In this document: positions 19,868 to 29,206 of the stretch, one piece after another
Layout of the letters: each line of letters starts with the position of its first letter
Numbering within the stretch: the first letter of the stretch is position 1
Assembly (NCBI GenBank): GCA_964427735.1
Contig: CAYRUS010000001.1
Coordinates: forward strand, 162,173-226,172
Source of the DNA: an uncultured Gammaproteobacteria bacterium
GTDB lineage: Bacteria; Patescibacteriota; Microgenomatia; UBA8517
Reading direction: 5' to 3'
DNA: 64,000 bases
Notes under the pieces: model-generated
The model's database searches: none
What the model was told of the DNA's origin: nothing
The model's input: only the letters and a program-made list of their open reading frames with translations
Translations under genes and position numbers: made by a program

Positions 19868-20608
19868 TTAACTTTCTTGTTTTTTTGCTTCCAATCTGTA
19901 AATAATTAAGGAATTATAATATTTAAGTTTTTTACTAAGAAACGTATCAATTTTCATAAAAACATTTAGCAAAAATGGAAATTTGTCTAAAAACAGAAAT
20001 ATACCTCTAGGTAGTATAAAAGACCCTCCGAAGGCAGAAACCTTTAAATTGAGTTTGTCAAACATTCTTCTATACTCTCTGTTTGAATAAAAATAATTTA
20101 CTTTTCCATAAGGAAATAATCTTGCAAGAGTACTTTCTAAACTGTTTTTATTTAGTGCTGCAAATATTATAATTCCATCTTTAGATAGTGATTGTTTTAT
20201 GTTTTTTAAGATTTTTTCTTGATCTTTAATACTAAAATGATCAAAAAAACGTAGTGATGTCACAACTTGAAATTTCTTTTTAGTTTTTATTTTTTCAAAT
20301 ACCGATTGTACAAAAACATTCTTTTTGGAAAAGAACATATACAGAACTTCTGCCATTTCCTCACTTGAATCTAGACAATAAACTTCATAACCCATTTTTT
20401 TAACAGATCTTGATAATCTACCACGTCCTGCGCCTAAGTCCAGAACTTTCACATTATTTGTCTTAATTAGTAGATCTATAATAGGATTTACTTCGTTTTC
20501 ATTAATATACACACCACCTCTACCAAAAAACCTTTTCCTATCATATTCGGTAACAACCTCACTGCTACTATAATATTTTTTAATTGCTATTTTGTTTTTT
20601 TTATGCAT
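19868..20608 (-). CDS. Class I SAM-dependent methyltransferase
   Basis: VLDLGAGRGRLS (motif I, GxGxG), acidic residue after beta-2 (YCLDSSEEM). Confidence 0.75.
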   Translation of the reverse strand: MHKKNKIAIKKYYSSSEVVTEYDRKRFFGRGGVYINENEVNPIIDLLIKTNNVKVLDLGAGRGRLSRSVKKMGYEVYCLDSSEEMAEVLYMFFSKKNVFVQSVFEKIKTKKKFQVVTSLRFFDHFSIKDQEKILKNIKQSLSKDGIIIFAALNKNSLESTLARLFPYGKVNYFYSNREYRRMFDKLNLKVSAFGGSFILPRGIFLFLDKFPFLLNVFMKIDTFLSKKLKYYNSLIIYRLEAKKQES

Positions 20609-21692
20609 ATAGTTCTTTTAAAAACTCTTTATTCCTTGCTTCATTATATTCATTTACTATAGATTCTCTTGCTCTACTTGTTAAAGGTTTATATTTATTC
20701 CAATTTTCTACAATATCCTTTATTTTTACAATAACCGAGTCTATATTTAAATCCTTGATTATTAAACCGTTTTTATTGTTAATAATCACATCTTGTACTG
20801 AGTTCGTATTAGTAGTCATAACTAGACATCCTGCCTCCATCGATTCTAAAATTGTATTTGGTAATGATATGGCACCATAGTCGTCTAGTAAGGGAAGTAG
20901 AAAAACATCATTATCTCTAAAAAATTTATGAGGTTTAACTTCTCCGAAAAAGTTAACTTGTATGTTTGTTTTTCCTGCTACTTTTCTAATTCTTGATTCT
21001 ATTTTACTTTTTTCACCAACATCACTAAATGCGAAGTTGAATTTAACTTGATTTTTTAAATTAAGTGCATTTAGTTTTTTTATTATATCAGGAAATAGAT
21101 ATACACCCTTTTTTTTAAGAGGATGTCCTAAATAGCAAAATCTAAGTATTTTTGATGGTCTTTTGTTTGCATAATGAATCTCAACCACTGGTGGTAAAAG
21201 TTTTATATTCCTCTTCATAGCTAAATATTTACTTCTGGTTAAAGTTATATCATAACAATTTATAATATTTTTTATTTGACTATCTCGATTCAGAAGAACT
21301 CTGAGTAAAGTCTCATAATCTATTGACTTAGAAAAGCCAGAATCGTTTTGAAGTTCTTTAAAGAAACTGATGGTATTGTTTGATTTTTTTACAGGTAGCA
21401 CGAAAAGCAAAGAAGCAACTGGTAAAACAAACACATCGTGTATGTGAGTAAATTTTTCCTTTTTAACAAATTTATCTATTTCTCCGACGATTTTTTTTCT
21501 GTTAATTATAGCGTCAAACATCGATTTTCCAGTGTAAATATCGATATGTTTTTGATTAGGATATCCGATATTTAAGACTTTAGTTGAAACACCTATACTA
21601 TTTAAATATTTTTTTGTTCTTAAGGTATTAATCGAAACAGCTTCTTTCCTATTCTTATCAATGCCGTAACCAATAAATAATACTTTCTTCAT
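20601..21692 (-). CDS. Glycosyltransferase family 4 (divergent)
   Basis: C-terminal LPNTILESMEAGCLVMTT glycos_transf_1-type motif. Confidence 0.6.
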   Translation of the reverse strand: MKKVLFIGYGIDKNRKEAVSINTLRTKKYLNSIGVSTKVLNIGYPNQKHIDIYTGKSMFDAIINRKKIVGEIDKFVKKEKFTHIHDVFVLPVASLLFVLPVKKSNNTISFFKELQNDSGFSKSIDYETLLRVLLNRDSQIKNIINCYDITLTRSKYLAMKRNIKLLPPVVEIHYANKRPSKILRFCYLGHPLKKKGVYLFPDIIKKLNALNLKNQVKFNFAFSDVGEKSKIESRIRKVAGKTNIQVNFFGEVKPHKFFRDNDVFLLPLLDDYGAISLPNTILESMEAGCLVMTTNTNSVQDVIINNKNGLIIKDLNIDSVIVKIKDIVENWNKYKPLTSRARESIVNEYNEARNKEFLKELYA

Positions 21693-21719
21693 TATATTAG
21701 AAAATTATATATTTTTTTA

Positions 21720-23267
21720 TTACCGAATATCTTCAACATATTTAAGAAGTTTATCAATAAATACTTCACTGGAATAATTTTTAGCCATTTTTTCCATATT
21801 TTTTGAATACATCTTCCATTTTTTTTCGTTTGATATAAAGTCAACTGTATTTTTAATTAACTCATCTGTATTTTTCCAAATTTGATTTTTGTCATTGGAT
21901 ACAGTCTCTTTCAGGCCTCCCTCACCATAAACAATCGGGACAGCTCCAGCGGCCATAGCTTCAACTGGAGTAATCCCAAAATGTTCCATTAATATCGGTT
22001 CATTCTTACTTTCACCATACCCGGCAGCATGCCAGTAAATTTTTGCAGCAGAATATAGCTTTTTAAGTTCATTAAACGGAGCTGAAATATGAAAGTAAAT
22101 TGGATAACCTTTTGCACTTTTTTTGATTTTTTCAACGTATTCTGAATGCCTCTCCCCTTTTGCAACTCCTCCAACTAAATGCAGTTCCCAAGAATTATCA
22201 ATTAATTTTTTGTCTACCATTGTTTTAAATACTTCAACTAAAACGTCTTGCTTTTTTGAATGTCCTCCCACAAAAAATCTTCCCACACTTAGAATATTAT
22301 TTTTTTTCTTGCCTGGTTTAAACTCTTGAACATCGACTGGCGGGTAAAGCACATCAGCATTTTCTTTCCAGTATTTCTTTGTCCAGTAAGCTGAAAACTT
22401 TGAATCTGCTAAAAACATATTATAAGTTGAAAGACCGGCTGCTGGTTTATAACCAGAACTGCCATAAAGTGCCATTTCAAATGCTGGTAAGTACCTTTTT
22501 ATGATATTCCATAAAAAATATCTATAGTTGAATACTGTCATACTCACCAAACCAAACCCTGATTTTAATTCTGTGTCATCAATGTTAATTTTTATGCTTA
22601 CCGCACTATCTTTTTGTCTTTTCGTCCCTTTTAGATCATACGCAAGAACATTATTTCCATGCTCAATGTATTTACCTGTCAAAATTATGCTTGAATCATC
22701 TGAAGTAAGGTTAATTGAATTTAATGACTCCAAGGTTAACTGTTCTGCATAAATTCTTATCTTAATCTGGAATTTTTCTGGAAGATTCCGCAAAACAAAT
22801 ATATTTTCTTTGCTTAACCATTTTCCTCCACGAACAATTACTTCGTCTATATGCTGAAGACCTTTTGTAACTTCTGGTATTATTAAGAATTTTCTTAAAA
22901 AAGGCAAGATTTTTTCATATTTAATAAAACCAAGTAAGGTTCTTTTTATAGGTGTGGGGAAAAGAATATAATAGATAGATTTCTTAGCTTTACTAGGCAG
23001 ATGATCCATGAAGCTGACATTTATAAATAAATCATATTCTTTCGTCTCAGGAGTCAATTTTTCATAAGATCTTTCTTTCCATTGAACCAATTCAACCTTA
23101 GAAAGATCCACTCCCATTTTTCTTTCTATTTCATTTATCTCAATGAATGAATTTGATATTAAGTCCACCTCATGTCCACTCTTAGAAAGAGTCTCTGCCA
23201 TTACACAAGCTACTTTTTCTCCTCCCCCCAACTCCCTTAACCATTTATCATAAATTCCAATTTTCAT
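21720..23267 (-). CDS. Glycosyltransferase family 4 with an inserted middle domain
   Basis: N-terminal MKIGIYDKWLRELGGGEKV and C-terminal EHFGITPVEAMAAGAVPIVYGEGGLKETV. At 515 aa it is longer than a typical GT4. Confidence 0.7.
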   Translation of the reverse strand: MKIGIYDKWLRELGGGEKVACVMAETLSKSGHEVDLISNSFIEINEIERKMGVDLSKVELVQWKERSYEKLTPETKEYDLFINVSFMDHLPSKAKKSIYYILFPTPIKRTLLGFIKYEKILPFLRKFLIIPEVTKGLQHIDEVIVRGGKWLSKENIFVLRNLPEKFQIKIRIYAEQLTLESLNSINLTSDDSSIILTGKYIEHGNNVLAYDLKGTKRQKDSAVSIKINIDDTELKSGFGLVSMTVFNYRYFLWNIIKRYLPAFEMALYGSSGYKPAAGLSTYNMFLADSKFSAYWTKKYWKENADVLYPPVDVQEFKPGKKKNNILSVGRFFVGGHSKKQDVLVEVFKTMVDKKLIDNSWELHLVGGVAKGERHSEYVEKIKKSAKGYPIYFHISAPFNELKKLYSAAKIYWHAAGYGESKNEPILMEHFGITPVEAMAAGAVPIVYGEGGLKETVSNDKNQIWKNTDELIKNTVDFISNEKKWKMYSKNMEKMAKNYSSEVFIDKLLKYVEDIR

Positions 23268-23269
23268 AA

Positions 23270-24565
23270 TTAAATAAACTTATTTACCTGCTTTTCATTT
23301 AATCGCGGCTCTCTTGAAAGTGATACTATGAATGGAAATATAACAGACAAAACAACTTTAAGACGTATTTTGAATCTATTTAGGTATTCTCTGGAAGATT
23401 GTGAACCTAGAAAATAGTAAGCAAGACTCCCAAAAGTATTACGAAAAATAAATTCCGTCAATTCACGCAAAGCCATGATTCTCGGCCATTGTTTTGCTAC
23501 AAACAATAGTCTGCTTCTTTCAACTTGATATATAAAAAAGTCAGACCACTCTTTACTGGAAGCTGAATGAATATGTCTAACCATTGCGTCTGGACAATAA
23601 TATACTTTCCAACCTGAATTTTTTAACCGCAAAGACAACTCACAATCTTCATAATACATAAAAAAATCATCGTCAAAATATCCCACTTCATTTAGTGCTT
23701 CCCTGTTTAATAAAACTCCTGCTCCACAAAAGGCTGGTATTTCCTCTTCTTTATCATATTGCCATTCATCAGCTTCATAATATTGTTTACCTTCTATTAC
23801 AACAGCTCCGCGATCTCTACCGTAACCTTTTTTAAATAGTATTGTGCCTGAGTTTTGAATTAAATCTTTTGATTCTTTTTCTAGTTGTCTTTTACTCATC
23901 TCGAGTTTAACAGTTTTTGGTTCTTCCTTTATATTGAACTCTCCTTTTTCAATTATTTTGTTATCAAGCAGTATCTCGTAACTCTTTCGTCCAGAGTTTT
24001 GAATATATAAATTGATTATTAACTTTTCATTATTTAACTTATAATTATATGGTATATATAAATTTTCTAAATATTCTCTTTTGTCATTAATAATCGTAAA
24101 AACATGCGTGTTTTTTGCCTGAACAGCTTTGGGAATATCTGCTTTTACTAAAGAAGCACCTTTTAAAGTTATTGGAATATATTTATCAAATAATACTAAT
24201 TTTGCATTTATTGCTCCTACTTTTTCTTTTTCATCCAATTTTTTATAGCAGTCTACTAATTTTTTCAAAAAATCATTATGAACTACAGTATCGTTATTTA
24301 GTAAAACAATAAGTTCACCTTGTGAGAACTTTATTCCTAAATTATTTCCACCTCCAAAACCTAAGTTCTTTTTAGATTTTATAACTTCAACATCTGGATA
24401 ATTATTTTTAATGTATTTAACTGAACCATCAGTTGAAGCGTTATCAACTACTATAACTTCATATTTATCTTGGGGATAATTTAAAGAATTTAAAGAATCC
24501 AGATAGTCACCTAGATATTTTTTACCGTTATAATTAACTGTAATTATTGATATAAACGGATGCAT
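23270..24565 (-). CDS. Glycosyltransferase family 2 with C-terminal extension (rhamnosyltransferase-like)
   Basis: ISIITVNYNGKKYL ... VIVVDNASTDGS ... LLNNDTVV. Confidence 0.75.
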   Translation of the reverse strand: MHPFISIITVNYNGKKYLGDYLDSLNSLNYPQDKYEVIVVDNASTDGSVKYIKNNYPDVEVIKSKKNLGFGGGNNLGIKFSQGELIVLLNNDTVVHNDFLKKLVDCYKKLDEKEKVGAINAKLVLFDKYIPITLKGASLVKADIPKAVQAKNTHVFTIINDKREYLENLYIPYNYKLNNEKLIINLYIQNSGRKSYEILLDNKIIEKGEFNIKEEPKTVKLEMSKRQLEKESKDLIQNSGTILFKKGYGRDRGAVVIEGKQYYEADEWQYDKEEEIPAFCGAGVLLNREALNEVGYFDDDFFMYYEDCELSLRLKNSGWKVYYCPDAMVRHIHSASSKEWSDFFIYQVERSRLLFVAKQWPRIMALRELTEFIFRNTFGSLAYYFLGSQSSREYLNRFKIRLKVVLSVIFPFIVSLSREPRLNEKQVNKFI

Positions 24566-24566
24566 A

Positions 24567-25292
24567 CTATTTTATTTTTCTAAACTTATTTATTATTTTA
24601 TCCGGCGCTCCGTTATCAATAATTTTCCCATTGTCAAGAAGTAGAACTCTGTCTGTAAACTTTTTAACTCCTTCCAAATCATGACTTATAAACACTATCG
24701 AAACTCCCTGTTTTTTAAATTCTCCCATCTTATCCATACACTTTTCCTGAAATGCCTCATCACCAACTGCAAGAATTTCATCTACCAAAAGAATGTCGGG
24801 GTTTGTGTGAATTGCAATAGAGAATGCAAGCCTCATATACATTCCAGAAGAATAATGCTTTACAGGAGTATCAATAAATTCAGCTAACTCTGAAAACTCT
24901 ACAATTTCATCAAATCTACTTTCAATGTAATTCCTATTTAAACCTAAAATAACGCCGTTCAAGTATATATTTTCTCTACCTGAAAGTTCAGGATGAAAAC
25001 CCGCACCTAATTCAATCAAAGGAGCTATTCTTCCATTTGTAACAACTTTTCCTTTTGTGGGTACAGTAACACCTGCTATTAATTTTAAAATTGTTGATTT
25101 ACCTGAACCGTTTGTGCCGATTATTCCTAGTGTTTCACCTTTTTTTAATTCAAAACTAACGCCTCTTAAGGCAAAAAAATCATCTGTTTGCCCAGGCTTG
25201 AAAATATCAAGCAAAGCTTCTTTTAGGAGAAGTTTTCTTCCTTTTTTGTATCTTTTATAGACCTTATCGAATTTGACAACTGAATCTTTCAT
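24567..25292 (-). CDS. Polysaccharide ABC exporter ATP-binding protein (Wzt/TagH/KpsT-type)
   Basis: Walker A GIIGTNGSGKST, signature YSSGMYMRLAF, Walker B ILLVDEILAVGD, plus a GRENIYLNG motif typical of the glycan-export subfamily. Confidence 0.85.
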   Translation of the reverse strand: MKDSVVKFDKVYKRYKKGRKLLLKEALLDIFKPGQTDDFFALRGVSFELKKGETLGIIGTNGSGKSTILKLIAGVTVPTKGKVVTNGRIAPLIELGAGFHPELSGRENIYLNGVILGLNRNYIESRFDEIVEFSELAEFIDTPVKHYSSGMYMRLAFSIAIHTNPDILLVDEILAVGDEAFQEKCMDKMGEFKKQGVSIVFISHDLEGVKKFTDRVLLLDNGKIIDNGAPDKIINKFRKIK

Positions 25293-25295
25293 AAA

Positions 25296-26063
25296 TTAAA
25301 CAACATCAGCAAAATAAACTGATTTTTTCTTAAAGTAAATATATCCAAAAATAAATATAATCAAAGAAAATCCAGTTGCATACAAAAACGATTGAGTAGA
25401 TGGGGGAAGTCCATACAATACAGTATTTCTATAAGCATTAATAATTCCTGACATTGGGTTAAGATTAAAAATCATTCTGTATTCGCCAGGCACAAGCTCT
25501 GGCGGGTATAGTACAGGAGAGATATAAAGCCACATAGTTATAAATACTGATATTACATTTTCAACATCTCTAAAAAAAACATTTATAGCAGATAGTATAA
25601 AAGATATTCCAATGATCAAAAGAAGTTGGATAAATAAAATAATAGGAACCCAGAGAACTGTAAGGTGTATTGTTACACCAAATGCAATCAAAATTGCCAC
25701 TAAAATTAATATTGATAAAAGAAAGTCAATAAACTTTGCAAATATAGAGGCCAAAGGGAATACTTCCCTTGGAAGTCTGATTTTTGTAATTAATGTTGAG
25801 TTTGCCACAAGACTACCGGTTGCATAAGTAATAGCATTAGCAGTAAAAAGCCAAGGCACAAGCCCAACAAATAAAAATACAGGATATGGTGTTCCCCCTG
25901 TTGGAATCCTCACTAAAAATGAAAATACGACTGTTAGCACTATTAAATTGATTAATGGCACTAAAATAACCCAAGCATAACCCAAAATTGATTGTTTGTA
26001 CTTAGCTTTAATTTCCCTTTTTACGAGCTCAATTAAAAGTTCTTTATAATTTGCGGCAAACAT
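25296..26063 (-). CDS. ABC-2 type polysaccharide exporter permease (Wzm/TagG-type)
   Basis: 255 aa with 6 TM segments, N-terminal ELVKREIKAKYKQSILGYAWVIL ABC-2 signature, immediately upstream of the ATPase. Confidence 0.8.
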   Translation of the reverse strand: MFAANYKELLIELVKREIKAKYKQSILGYAWVILVPLINLIVLTVVFSFLVRIPTGGTPYPVFLFVGLVPWLFTANAITYATGSLVANSTLITKIRLPREVFPLASIFAKFIDFLLSILILVAILIAFGVTIHLTVLWVPIILFIQLLLIIGISFILSAINVFFRDVENVISVFITMWLYISPVLYPPELVPGEYRMIFNLNPMSGIINAYRNTVLYGLPPSTQSFLYATGFSLIIFIFGYIYFKKKSVYFADVV

Positions 26064-26096
26064 TACTGTTTAGATTATAAACAAATATAGCTTTAA

Positions 26097-27371
26097 TCAC
26101 ACTATTTTTCTTAATTTTGACAAAAGATACTTAACATCAAAATTAAACATCATAAAGAAAAACAAAGAAATCAATAATCCCAAATTAGTGAAGATCGAGA
26201 CATAAATAATTTCTGAAATGTTAGAATTAAATATCATAATCCCTAATGCCTGGACAATAGCCGCTGAAAACAAGATATAGGCAGATTTAGTTTTATTCCT
26301 GGATATTAAATAGCTAACTGTATAAACATTTAATGCAAAAAGTCCTGCAAAAATACTGAAGATCAACAGATAAGGAGTCGCCTCCATAAATTCTTTTCCA
26401 AAAAGTATACCCACCGAAAATTCAGGAAATAATACATAAATTGCCATTACTACTAAAACAATAAATAAGGTAAAACCAAATCCCAACAAAAATAACAAAC
26501 CAGAAGGTTTGTTGCTTGAGGCTTTTTTACTTACCATGGGAAAAACAACGCCAATAATCGGATTTGCGCCAAAATAGATCACTTTACCCATTGCTGACAA
26601 TGCCGCATAGATACTTGCCTCATGCAAACTTAAAAAATATTTAGCCAGAATAATATCTGTTGAAAACATCGAAGTTAAAGAAAGTGTCATTATAAAAATC
26701 GGTAAAGAATAAGATAAAATATCCTTTTTAAAAAATATTTCAACCTCACCTTGCTTTATACCAATATCTTTTAGAAATTTCTTACTCATAAGAATTGACA
26801 CTATTATTGAAAATATCCAAGCAACAATAATCCCAAAGAGATTGAACCCTAAATAAATAAACATTATTCCAAAAGTTATTCTACCTAACCAGCCTAAATT
26901 ATTAATAAAAACACTTTCTTTGAATTTTAATAACCCTTGTAAAAATGAACTGTTCACCATTACATAAAATGACAAAACTATAATGAACGGAATAAGCAAA
27001 GCAATTCTATGATCAAGGTTGAGAAATTGTGCAAAAAAAGGTGAGACAATCAACAAAAAGATTAATAAAAACCCACTCCAGAAAAGTGATTTTTTTATTA
27101 TCCAATTATAAAACCTTGACACTTCATCCATATCTTTGCTTGAAACAATTTTTATTATCACAAGACTAAAAAATGTAAACAAAGAAGTTATTAAAGCAAC
27201 TAAAGATATAATAGCAGCAAGCTCTCCATATCCATCTTTACCCAAAATTCTTCCAAAAATAAGATGATATAAATACCCCAAAAAGTTAGCAAAATTTGTT
27301 CCTGCGATCATCAAAGCACTGCTTGAGAGTAAAGGATTATTTAGTACATGTTTAATTTTATCCTTAGGCAT
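26097..27371 (-). CDS. Wzx-type oligosaccharide flippase (MOP superfamily polysaccharide biosynthesis protein)
   Basis: 424 aa with about 12 TM segments. N-terminal LMIAGTNFANFLGYLYHLIFGRILGKDGYGELAAIISL, typical of Wzx/MurJ-like flippases. Confidence 0.65.
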   Translation of the reverse strand: MPKDKIKHVLNNPLLSSSALMIAGTNFANFLGYLYHLIFGRILGKDGYGELAAIISLVALITSLFTFFSLVIIKIVSSKDMDEVSRFYNWIIKKSLFWSGFLLIFLLIVSPFFAQFLNLDHRIALLIPFIIVLSFYVMVNSSFLQGLLKFKESVFINNLGWLGRITFGIMFIYLGFNLFGIIVAWIFSIIVSILMSKKFLKDIGIKQGEVEIFFKKDILSYSLPIFIMTLSLTSMFSTDIILAKYFLSLHEASIYAALSAMGKVIYFGANPIIGVVFPMVSKKASSNKPSGLLFLLGFGFTLFIVLVVMAIYVLFPEFSVGILFGKEFMEATPYLLIFSIFAGLFALNVYTVSYLISRNKTKSAYILFSAAIVQALGIMIFNSNISEIIYVSIFTNLGLLISLFFFMMFNFDVKYLLSKLRKIV

Positions 27372-27376
27372 ATGTA

Positions 27377-28156
27377 TTAGTTATTTATAAATTTAACAAC
27401 TCCAACTCTTCCCATATTATGTAACTTATGTAAACCTAAAATCATAGTATTACTTGTGTGTTTTTTTACAATTTCTTCATCTTCCAATAGTGTGCTCTTG
27501 AAATCAGTTGAGGAAATATTATCTCCGCTCATTCTAAAACTAGAAAGGTAGTCATCGATTACATAGGGCATTTCTATTTTGGCTAGTTTGAGCCAAAAAT
27601 CATACTCCATAACAAATTTATCTGTGCCTGTAAACGGTCCATACTTTTCATAGGCAGTTTTGCTTAAAAATACTGAAGGCTGAATTAAATAGTTAACCAC
27701 TAAAAGTAGATTATAGTTATTGATTTTTAACAAAACATTCTTGTACTGAGTTGTTGCTTTGGCGACTTCTATTCCTTTGCCATTTATTACTTTACCTTTA
27801 CCTGCAAGCCATAATGTATTTTTCTTAAAGTTATTTCCTACTTTTCTAAAAGCTCCTACTTCGTAAACATCATCTGCATTTATAAAAGTTAAAATATCTC
27901 CAGAAGCTTTTTTCAGCCCTTTGTTGATAGCGTCTAGTTGGCCTTTATCTTTTTTTGAGAGCCATTTTAATTTACCTCTAAACTTACTTTTATAACTTTT
28001 TATAATATCTATAGTCTTATCTGTAGATCCTCCATCTTGGACTATTACTTCGTAATTATCATAATTTTGCTGAAGTATAGATTCTAAAGTAATTCCAATA
28101 AACTTATCTTTATTGTATGAGGGTATAACTACCGATACTTTTGGCTCTTTAATCAT
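27377..28156 (-). CDS. Glycosyltransferase family 2
   Basis: VSVVIPSYNKDKFI ... VIVQDGGSTDKT ... INADDV. Confidence 0.8.
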   Translation of the reverse strand: MIKEPKVSVVIPSYNKDKFIGITLESILQQNYDNYEVIVQDGGSTDKTIDIIKSYKSKFRGKLKWLSKKDKGQLDAINKGLKKASGDILTFINADDVYEVGAFRKVGNNFKKNTLWLAGKGKVINGKGIEVAKATTQYKNVLLKINNYNLLLVVNYLIQPSVFLSKTAYEKYGPFTGTDKFVMEYDFWLKLAKIEMPYVIDDYLSSFRMSGDNISSTDFKSTLLEDEEIVKKHTSNTMILGLHKLHNMGRVGVVKFINN

Positions 28157-28160
28157 GAAT

Positions 28161-28514
28161 TTACTTTTTCTTTGGAGGATTGCTTTTTTTTGTATCTTTT
28201 ATTGCTAATGTCCTAACTAGTTCTTCCAACTTTTTTTCTAGTTTTCTTGTTCTAACGTACATTACTGCAGACATGGAAATAACTATTAAAAAAGCAACCA
28301 CAACCATTAAATCAAACAGCCTAGTAATTAAAAAATTATATGATACTGTTCTAAGCAGTTCCGGAAATACAACAATAAAAGCAGTTCCGATCCAAATTAA
28401 TGCCCAAGAATAAAACTCCCTTTTGTTTATTTCTCCTTTTTTGTAATTTACTAATGAAAAATAAATCATAGATAATGAGAACACTATCCCAATAATTTGT
28501 AAACCTATTATCAT
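28161..28514 (-). CDS. Small membrane protein (DUF2304-like / GtrA-like accessory of polyprenyl-phosphate GT2)
   Basis: 117 aa with 3-4 TM segments and a basic C-terminal tail. Translationally coupled to the DPM1-like GT2 upstream (4-bp overlap). Confidence 0.5.
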   Translation of the reverse strand: MIIGLQIIGIVFSLSMIYFSLVNYKKGEINKREFYSWALIWIGTAFIVVFPELLRTVSYNFLITRLFDLMVVVAFLIVISMSAVMYVRTRKLEKKLEELVRTLAIKDTKKSNPPKKK

Positions 28515-29206
28515 ACTCTAAATCTCCAAGCTATAACATCAAATAAAACTTTAAATGCATCAAGAATCGATACTCCTTTGTACTTATCATAGTATACGGT
28601 CTTAACCGGCACTGTACAAAATTTTATCTTATACATTCCCACCTTAGCTATCATTTCTGTTTCTATCCCATACCCTGTTGAGGATAAATTTAAATTCTCA
28701 TAGCCTTTTTTAGTTAAAGCCCTATAACCACACAACAAATCATTAACTCTAATTCCAAATAGCATTTGAACTAAAAGACTACCAATTTTGTTACCCATGA
28801 ACCTAACAAAAGGGACACCTTCAGTTAAATTTCTTTCTCCGATTATAACGTCGTATTTTCTCTTTTTTAGAACATCTATAAATTTTTGCAAATCTTCAAT
28901 TTTATGCTGTCCATCAGAGTCCATAAATATAACAGCTTTCGCATTGTTTTCAAAAGCATACTCAGCACCTGTTCTCATTGCTGCTCCTTTGCCCAAATTC
29001 ACTTTGTGGTGCAACACAGTTAGCTTTTTACTTTTTAGAGCTTGTCTTGTTTTGTCTAGTGAGCCATCATCGATAATAACTACTGGATAATTGATTTTCT
29101 TTATATCTTTTAAAAAACGCCTGATAGTCTTTTCTTCGTTATAAGCAGGCACAACAATCCATATATTCATTATGATATTGTACTTTTTTTGATTAATACT
29201 TACCAA
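28511..29206 (-). CDS. Polyprenyl-phosphate sugar synthase (GT2; DPM1/GtrB/ArnC-like)
   Basis: 231 aa short GT2: WIVVPAYNEEKTI ... VVIIDDGSLDKT ... FMDSDGQH (DxD) ... catalytic-region CGYRAL. The size and motifs match dolichyl/undecaprenyl-phosphate glycosyltransferases. Confidence 0.75.
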   Translation of the reverse strand: MVSINQKKYNIIMNIWIVVPAYNEEKTIRRFLKDIKKINYPVVIIDDGSLDKTRQALKSKKLTVLHHKVNLGKGAAMRTGAEYAFENNAKAVIFMDSDGQHKIEDLQKFIDVLKKRKYDVIIGERNLTEGVPFVRFMGNKIGSLLVQMLFGIRVNDLLCGYRALTKKGYENLNLSSTGYGIETEMIAKVGMYKIKFCTVPVKTVYYDKYKGVSILDAFKVLFDVIAWRFRV

